From: Desulfurococcaceae archaeon
GTDB lineage: Archaea; Thermoproteota; Thermoprotei_A; Sulfolobales; Desulfurococcaceae
Assembly (NCBI GenBank): GCA_038816475.1
Contig: JAWBAI010000003.1
Span: 1 to 64,000 of the forward strand
Direction: 5' to 3'
DNA: 64,000 nucleotides
Shown: one piece after another, positions 58,653 through 64,000 of the stretch
Numbering within the stretch: position 1 is the stretch's first letter
Layout of the letters: each line of letters starts with the position of its first letter
The notes under the pieces: model-generated
Seen by the model: the letters and a program-made list of their open reading frames with translations, nothing else
Databases searched by the model: none
Told to the model about the DNA's origin: nothing
Position numbers and translations under genes: made by a program

Positions 58653-60113
58653 TTGGTGGTTTTTATGGCAAGACTTAGGCTTGAGAAAATCAACGAGTAC
58701 GAGTGGAGAATTCCTAAGGGAGCAAAGTCTTGTATGAAAACTGATGCCATTATATTTGCTGATGAGTACCTTCTGGATAAAATGGAATCTGACCTAACAC
58801 TAGATCAAGCAGCTAACGTAGCTTGTCTTCCAAGTATTAAGCTGTACTCTTACGTAATGCCAGATGGACATCAGGGCTATGGATTCCCGATAGGTGGAGT
58901 AGCAGGGTTCGATGTCGAGGAGGGAGTAATTAGTCCTGGAGGTGTAGGCTACGATATAAACTGTGGTGTAAGAGTTCTCAGAACAAACCTGTCCGTGAAC
59001 GATATTAAGGGTAAGCTTAAGGATCTCGTGGAAGCAATCTTTAGGAACGTTCCAAGCGGTGTAGGTTCAACGGGGTACTTGAAGCTAACCATGCGTGATC
59101 TTGACGAGGTCCTGGAGTACGGTGTCAAGTGGGCTATCGAGCACGGTTATGGATGGGAAAGAGACGCTGAGCATACCGAGGAAAGAGGCTCTATGAAGGG
59201 TGCTAGAGCGGACAAAGTGAGCAGGGTTGCAAAGCAAAGAGGGCATGAGCAGCTGGGAACCCTAGGTGCCGGAAATCACTTCCTCGAGATACAGGTTGTA
59301 GATAGAATATACAACCCAAGTATCGCCGAGGCTATGGGTATAACACATGTTGGTCAAATAGCAGTAATGATACATACTGGTAGTAGAGGACTTGGTCACC
59401 AGGTTGCAAGCGATTACCTGATGATCATGGAAAGAGCTATGAGAAAATACGGTATAAGCGTACCAGACAGAGAACTGGCAGCACTCCCATTCAAGAGTCC
59501 TGAGGCACAAGATTACTTCGCAGCAATGGCTGCAGCTGCGAACTTTGCGTGGACAAACAGGCAGATAATAACTCACTGGGTAAGAGAAAGCTTTAAGCAA
59601 GTACTAAAGAAAGACCCTGAAGAGCTGGGTCTTGAAGTAATATACGATGTTGCTCACAACATAGCTAAGGTTGAAGAACACGTGATTAACGGTGAGAAGT
59701 ACAAGGTGGTTGTGCACAGAAAAGGCGCTACACGGGCATTTCCACCGGGACACCCCGATATACCGTCAGACTACAGGTCCATTGGTCAACCTGTTCTGAT
59801 ACCCGGTAGTATGGGCACAGCTAGCTACATTCTCGTGGGTATACCAGAGGGAGCTCGAACATGGTATAGTGCTCCACATGGTGCTGGAAGATGGTTAAGC
59901 AGAGGAGAAGCCATCAGATCATATTCGCCTGATAGGGTAATATCCGAGCTGAGTAGCAGAGGTATCGTTGTAAGAGCTGCCACGAAAAGGGTTGTCAGCG
60001 AGGAAGCTCCAGAAGCGTACAAGGATGTGGATAAAGTTGTATTTGTCGCTGAAAAAGTAAAAATAGCAAGACCCGTTGCGAGGCTTATACCTATTGGTGT
60101 TGTAAAGGGTTAA
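58653..60113 (+). CDS. rtcB: tRNA-splicing ligase RtcB
   Basis: MPDGHQGYGFPIGG, GYDINCG, GNHFLE, HTGSRG, HNIAK, HRKGAT, HGAGR and EEAPEAYK; no intein. Confidence 0.97.
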   Translation: MVVFMARLRLEKINEYEWRIPKGAKSCMKTDAIIFADEYLLDKMESDLTLDQAANVACLPSIKLYSYVMPDGHQGYGFPIGGVAGFDVEEGVISPGGVGYDINCGVRVLRTNLSVNDIKGKLKDLVEAIFRNVPSGVGSTGYLKLTMRDLDEVLEYGVKWAIEHGYGWERDAEHTEERGSMKGARADKVSRVAKQRGHEQLGTLGAGNHFLEIQVVDRIYNPSIAEAMGITHVGQIAVMIHTGSRGLGHQVASDYLMIMERAMRKYGISVPDRELAALPFKSPEAQDYFAAMAAAANFAWTNRQIITHWVRESFKQVLKKDPEELGLEVIYDVAHNIAKVEEHVINGEKYKVVVHRKGATRAFPPGHPDIPSDYRSIGQPVLIPGSMGTASYILVGIPEGARTWYSAPHGAGRWLSRGEAIRSYSPDRVISELSSRGIVVRAATKRVVSEEAPEAYKDVDKVVFVAEKVKIARPVARLIPIGVVKG

Positions 60114-60358
60114 CAAGAGACAATTCTGCTGCAACCCAGTTCTTTTCCATACAAAACACAACACGTATCTTTCAAACCAGATCATCCACGAGTTTAAAGA
60201 ACTCAGCAGCTTCGTAGACTACATTATTAGAATTATTTTCGTTCGCAGATGATATCGCTGAAGCATGGCTTTGTCCAGCGTAGACATCTGTGCACTTAAC
60301 AAAGGAAAGAAAAAGGAAATATATATTTCTAAAAAGTTTTTAGTAAAACCCGAAGGGG

Positions 60359-62527
60359 GTGTATGTGAAAGGCGTTACAACCAGGACTTTGGCTATTGTC
60401 ATAGTTGTCATCGTGGTAATCGCTGTTGTAGCTATTCTCACAACAACAATGCTTCCAGCTCCAGCACCAACTCCTACACCAAGCCCCACACCGACTCCCA
60501 CTGAACTTAGATACAGTCTTCACGAGACCATACTGTACATAATAGCAGATGATGAAATGACGCGAATTCAGCTCTATAAGACTGGCGTAGCAGACATAGC
60601 CGCTATAACTCCTGCTAGATGGAAGGATCTTAATGGTACACCGGTTGACGGATTCTATTTAATACTGGAACCCGACCCTACAAAACCTAGGTTAACAATT
60701 CAATACGTACTATTCAACAACATGAAAGAACCTTTCAACATAACTGAAGTTAGACAAGCTCTCTCGTGGGCTGTTCCCTACGATACAATTCTAGAACAGA
60801 TTTTCGGAGGACTATACACCAGATTATACACCATTGTACCTAAGGGTATGTTTGGATGGACAGACTTCAACATCGTGAAGTATGAGTACGACAGAGCGAA
60901 GGCTATGGAAATAATCAACGCGCTGAAAGAGAAAGGGTTCGATCCCTCTAAGTACACTATTACAATAATTTACAACCTTGGTAATACAGCACGCGCGCAA
61001 ATAGCCGCTCTACTACAAAACGAGTGGACAAGATTAGGGTTCAAGGTCTACGTTGAAGTGTATAGTTGGCCTGAGTACTTAGACAAGGTTGATCACTTCA
61101 ATTTTGATGTCGCGTTAATTGGTTGGATACCCGACTACCTAGACCCCGACAACTACTTGATGCCGTTCGTATGGGGTGGTGCAGAGTTTAAGGACATAAA
61201 GTACTTCGTAAATGTAGCACCCAATAATGTCGGTGAATACGTAGTCAATGTAGAAAGGATTATCGAAACACCAAAGTACATTGTAGTGATAGGCCCCCAG
61301 GGCAAGGGTGCTACTTACACGGGTCCAACAAATAAACCCCTATTAGTAGTTGGATACGTTCTAGACGAGGAGGCAACAAAGAAAAACTGGGAGGAGCCTG
61401 TAGCATTTGTGAGCATAGGTGCAGCTGGCTGGAAGGATGTACCCGTTAGTGCACTATGTAAGCTCTCTCAGAAGGTGATAGACCCGGAAATTAGAGAAGC
61501 CTTGATCAACGCGGCGATCATAGTATTCAACAACGAAGCAGCAATGATCCTGCTAGGCCAGGCTATTACCGGAAGAAACTACGGTAGCTGGGTTCTAAAC
61601 ATGTACTACCCATTGACGAAGTCAGCAAGATACGACCTTGTTTACGAGCACCCTAACGCACCTGTTGTAGATACAGGTGTCAAAGGAATTAAAAACGACC
61701 CAAAGACCATGGTTATAGCAACCTTTGGTTGGCCTGACACCTTTGACCCAGCCAAGAGCTATGAGAGTTTTGGATGGGAGATATTTGACCAAATATACTC
61801 AAAGCCCATAACCTACAACTACGAAGACATTGAACCTGAGCCCGAGCTAGCTGTAGCATGGGCTTTCAGCAAAGAGCTAACAGAGCTATACCTAGTCATA
61901 AGAGGTGGTGTAGTGGCCTATGATCCATGGAATAACAGAACATACCCAATTGATGCTACAGATGTGCTATTCAGTTTATGGAGAGCGGTTAGACTTAACC
62001 TGCCTGGTGGACCTCAGTGGATGATTAGCGAGTTTATAGATGTAAATGCATCTCAGGTTATCACAGAGGAGGAGTTTCAACAAGTGGTAGCTCAAGGTCT
62101 TGTAACCACGTATCGTGGTAAAACAATAGAGGTAAAAGACATGCAAGAACTATTGTCATTCTTCAACTACACAGGGCCCACAGCTGGTGTTGTTAAGTTA
62201 CAGCTCAAGTTCCCCTACGCTCCAGTACTACATATACTAACAACAGGCGTTGCAAGTGTTATTCCGATGGAGTACGCCTTAGGTAACAACTACGAAGCTG
62301 CCCTAAGAGAGTCCAACTTCGGTAAGAACCCTGCAGCCTGGGCTAAGTATGTAATGGAAGGTCCGGATGATCCTTCACACAGACTACTAAAAGACTACCC
62401 TGTATCAACAGGACCATACTACGTCGCCGAGTATAAGGAAGGTGCATACATAATATTGAGGATAAACCCATACTACTGGAATGCTAACCTGTGGGAAACA
62501 CTTTATGGATACAAACCTACACCCTAA
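60359..62527 (+). CDS. Peptide ABC transporter substrate-binding protein (family 5), circularly permuted
   Basis: Hydrophobic N-terminal anchor and Pro/Thr linker. SBP5 motifs present (VRQAL, GWIPDYLDPD, PDTFDP, PELA..W, DATDV.FS, TGPY, NPYYW) but in permuted order. Confidence 0.9.
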   Translation: MYVKGVTTRTLAIVIVVIVVIAVVAILTTTMLPAPAPTPTPSPTPTPTELRYSLHETILYIIADDEMTRIQLYKTGVADIAAITPARWKDLNGTPVDGFYLILEPDPTKPRLTIQYVLFNNMKEPFNITEVRQALSWAVPYDTILEQIFGGLYTRLYTIVPKGMFGWTDFNIVKYEYDRAKAMEIINALKEKGFDPSKYTITIIYNLGNTARAQIAALLQNEWTRLGFKVYVEVYSWPEYLDKVDHFNFDVALIGWIPDYLDPDNYLMPFVWGGAEFKDIKYFVNVAPNNVGEYVVNVERIIETPKYIVVIGPQGKGATYTGPTNKPLLVVGYVLDEEATKKNWEEPVAFVSIGAAGWKDVPVSALCKLSQKVIDPEIREALINAAIIVFNNEAAMILLGQAITGRNYGSWVLNMYYPLTKSARYDLVYEHPNAPVVDTGVKGIKNDPKTMVIATFGWPDTFDPAKSYESFGWEIFDQIYSKPITYNYEDIEPEPELAVAWAFSKELTELYLVIRGGVVAYDPWNNRTYPIDATDVLFSLWRAVRLNLPGGPQWMISEFIDVNASQVITEEEFQQVVAQGLVTTYRGKTIEVKDMQELLSFFNYTGPTAGVVKLQLKFPYAPVLHILTTGVASVIPMEYALGNNYEAALRESNFGKNPAAWAKYVMEGPDDPSHRLLKDYPVSTGPYYVAEYKEGAYIILRINPYYWNANLWETLYGYKPTP

Positions 62528-62528
62528 A

Positions 62529-62548
62529 TTTTTTCTTTTCTTCCTTTT
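62529..62548 (+). terminator. T-rich archaeal terminator after the SBP gene
   Basis: TTTTTTCTTTTCTTCCTTTT immediately after the stop codon. Confidence 0.6.
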
Positions 62549-62620
62549 GCACACTGTATACACTTTGTTTTTAAATGCTGATATTCCTAAACTAGAAGCG
62601 AGTTGAGTGGGGAGTCTTAG

Positions 62621-63679
62621 TTGGGCTTAGGTTCGTTTATCGCGAGAAGAGTACTAACATTTGTACCAACTCTAATAGGTGTCCTACTGATAACCTACTT
62701 AATAGCTTACGTAATACCGGCTGACCCCGTTAGAGCCTGGGTCGGAGAAAAGTTAAGAAACCCAGAAGCACTCGAGCAAATAAGAATAAAGTACAAGTTT
62801 AACGCGCCATGGTACGAGCAGTTCGCGTTCCTTGTACATCAGCTACTGACAGGTCAATTAGAGGATCCAATAAGACTCAGAAATGTTTTTACAGAGATCA
62901 GTTCAAGATTTGTTGTTACAGTTGAAGTTGCTATTATAGGTTTTCTCTTTCTCATAACGATAGGTATACCCTTAGGGATCATCGCTGCCGTTAAAAAAGA
63001 TACGTATGTGGACTTCGCTGTAAGAATACTTGCTCTAGTTGGAAGTTCTTTACCATCATTCGTACTGTACTACTTCCTAATACTCTTGCTCTTTGTATAC
63101 CTAAGAACAACTTATTTAGCCGGTATACCTATGTATTCTAGAGAGTGCAGCGTTTTCTTATCTACTCTACCAAACTACATACCAATATTAGGTCACTTAG
63201 CCTCGATCGTAGGCTCTGTTCCAATGTTTGGTGCTATGATGTGCAACGAATGGGAGGTTGTAGTTGAAACATTTAAGAGACTATACTTGCCGGGGCTCGC
63301 TCTAGGCTTACTCAATGGTGGTTTCATAGCTAGAATAGTGAGAAACAGTTTATTGGATGCTCTGAGTGCCGAGTACGTATTGTTCGCTAAAGCACGCGGT
63401 CTCTCCAGGCTCTCTGTTTGGAAACACGCATTTAAAAACGCAATGGTTCCAGTAGTAACGGTGTTGGGGTTAAACTTCGGAGGATTACTCTCGGGTGCTA
63501 TTATAGCTGAAACGGTATTCAATATACCGGGTCTCGGAAGGTACATGTACGAGGCTATAACTAGATTAAACTTCCCAGTTATAATAGCTTGTACATTTGT
63601 TGTAGCAGTAATTTACGTGACGGTTAACCTCATTGTTGACATTCTATATGCTGTAATAGATCCTAGAATTAGGTATTAA
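62621..63679 (+). CDS. Peptide ABC transporter permease (OppB/DppB)
   Basis: IPADPV, ARIVRNS, EYVLFAKARGL (EAA loop), KHAFKNA, ETVFNIPGLG and DPRIRY motifs. Confidence 0.94.
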   Translation: MGLGSFIARRVLTFVPTLIGVLLITYLIAYVIPADPVRAWVGEKLRNPEALEQIRIKYKFNAPWYEQFAFLVHQLLTGQLEDPIRLRNVFTEISSRFVVTVEVAIIGFLFLITIGIPLGIIAAVKKDTYVDFAVRILALVGSSLPSFVLYYFLILLLFVYLRTTYLAGIPMYSRECSVFLSTLPNYIPILGHLASIVGSVPMFGAMMCNEWEVVVETFKRLYLPGLALGLLNGGFIARIVRNSLLDALSAEYVLFAKARGLSRLSVWKHAFKNAMVPVVTVLGLNFGGLLSGAIIAETVFNIPGLGRYMYEAITRLNFPVIIACTFVVAVIYVTVNLIVDILYAVIDPRIRY

Positions 63680-63697
63680 GGTGGTGAAGGAGAACCT

Positions 63698-64000
63698 ATG
63701 AGAGCTATTTACATAGCTCTTAAGAAAGCTATATGGGCATACGCAAGGTTTAGAGAAAAAATTTCTCCAGGCTGGGTACAGAGGAACTCGTCTAAGATTA
63801 AAGAATGGGAGCTTATGGCATATGCTTTTAGCAAGTCAAAGATAGGTGTAGTAGGAGGTATCATTGTCTTTATAAACTTTATGATAGCGCTTGTGGGACC
63901 ATTCGTATCATGGGAACCCTATTGGGAGTATAAGACCGTACATGATCTAAGCTTAATGTATCATCCCCCGTGTATTCCACCATCCTGTAAGGAATACCCC
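63698..64000 (+). CDS. Peptide ABC transporter permease (OppC/DppC), N-terminal part (runs off window end)
   Basis: Open frame from ATG 63698: MRAIYIALKK...FSKSKIGVVGGIIVFINFMIALVGPF...HPP. Confidence 0.8.
   Translation, partial: MRAIYIALKKAIWAYARFREKISPGWVQRNSSKIKEWELMAYAFSKSKIGVVGGIIVFINFMIALVGPFVSWEPYWEYKTVHDLSLMYHPPCIPPSCKEYP

Noticed and set aside
58653-60113. Inteins in RtcB, reverse gyrase or Cdc48
   Set aside because: Protein lengths are normal and no intein splice motifs or homing-endonuclease insertions are present.
60455-60502. Short tandem-like repeats (CCAGCT/CCAACT/CCCACA)
   Set aside because: They encode the Pro/Thr linker of the SBP; not a CRISPR array or VNTR.
1-64000. CRISPR arrays, IS elements, proviruses, and the many short antisense ORFs in the track
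   Set aside because: No regularly spaced repeats, transposases or integrases were seen; the antisense ORFs are shadows of well-supported genes.

Overview
A gene-dense core chromosomal segment of a hyperthermophilic crenarchaeon. Reverse gyrase, two Alba paralogues, an ESCRT-III/CdvB paralogue, AGOG, a split tRNA-splicing endonuclease subunit and GGTG/GAGG ribosome-binding sites point to a Desulfurococcales-like organism (inference). It holds about 65 mostly housekeeping CDSs (five aminoacyl-tRNA synthetases, RNA modification and processing, DNA repair, metabolism, a peptide ABC transporter), the RNase P RNA, tRNA-Val(GAC), an intron-containing tRNA-Tyr(GTA) and at least three box C/D guide sRNAs. 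I saw no CRISPR array, IS element or provirus. The main unexplained signals are: (1) a candidate ORB/DUE replication origin at about 3249-3640 with no orc1/cdc6 gene next to it; (2) a circularly permuted family-5 (OppA/DppA) solute-binding protein; (3) a full-length GlmS whose glutaminase site appears dead; (4) a perfect 39-nt duplicate between the two Walker A motifs of cdc48; (5) an RNase P RNA with A in place of the conserved bulged U of P4; (6) degenerate AdoMetDC-like and CitG-like genes inside RNA-processing and DNA-repair operons. All calls come from reading motifs by eye; no searches were run.
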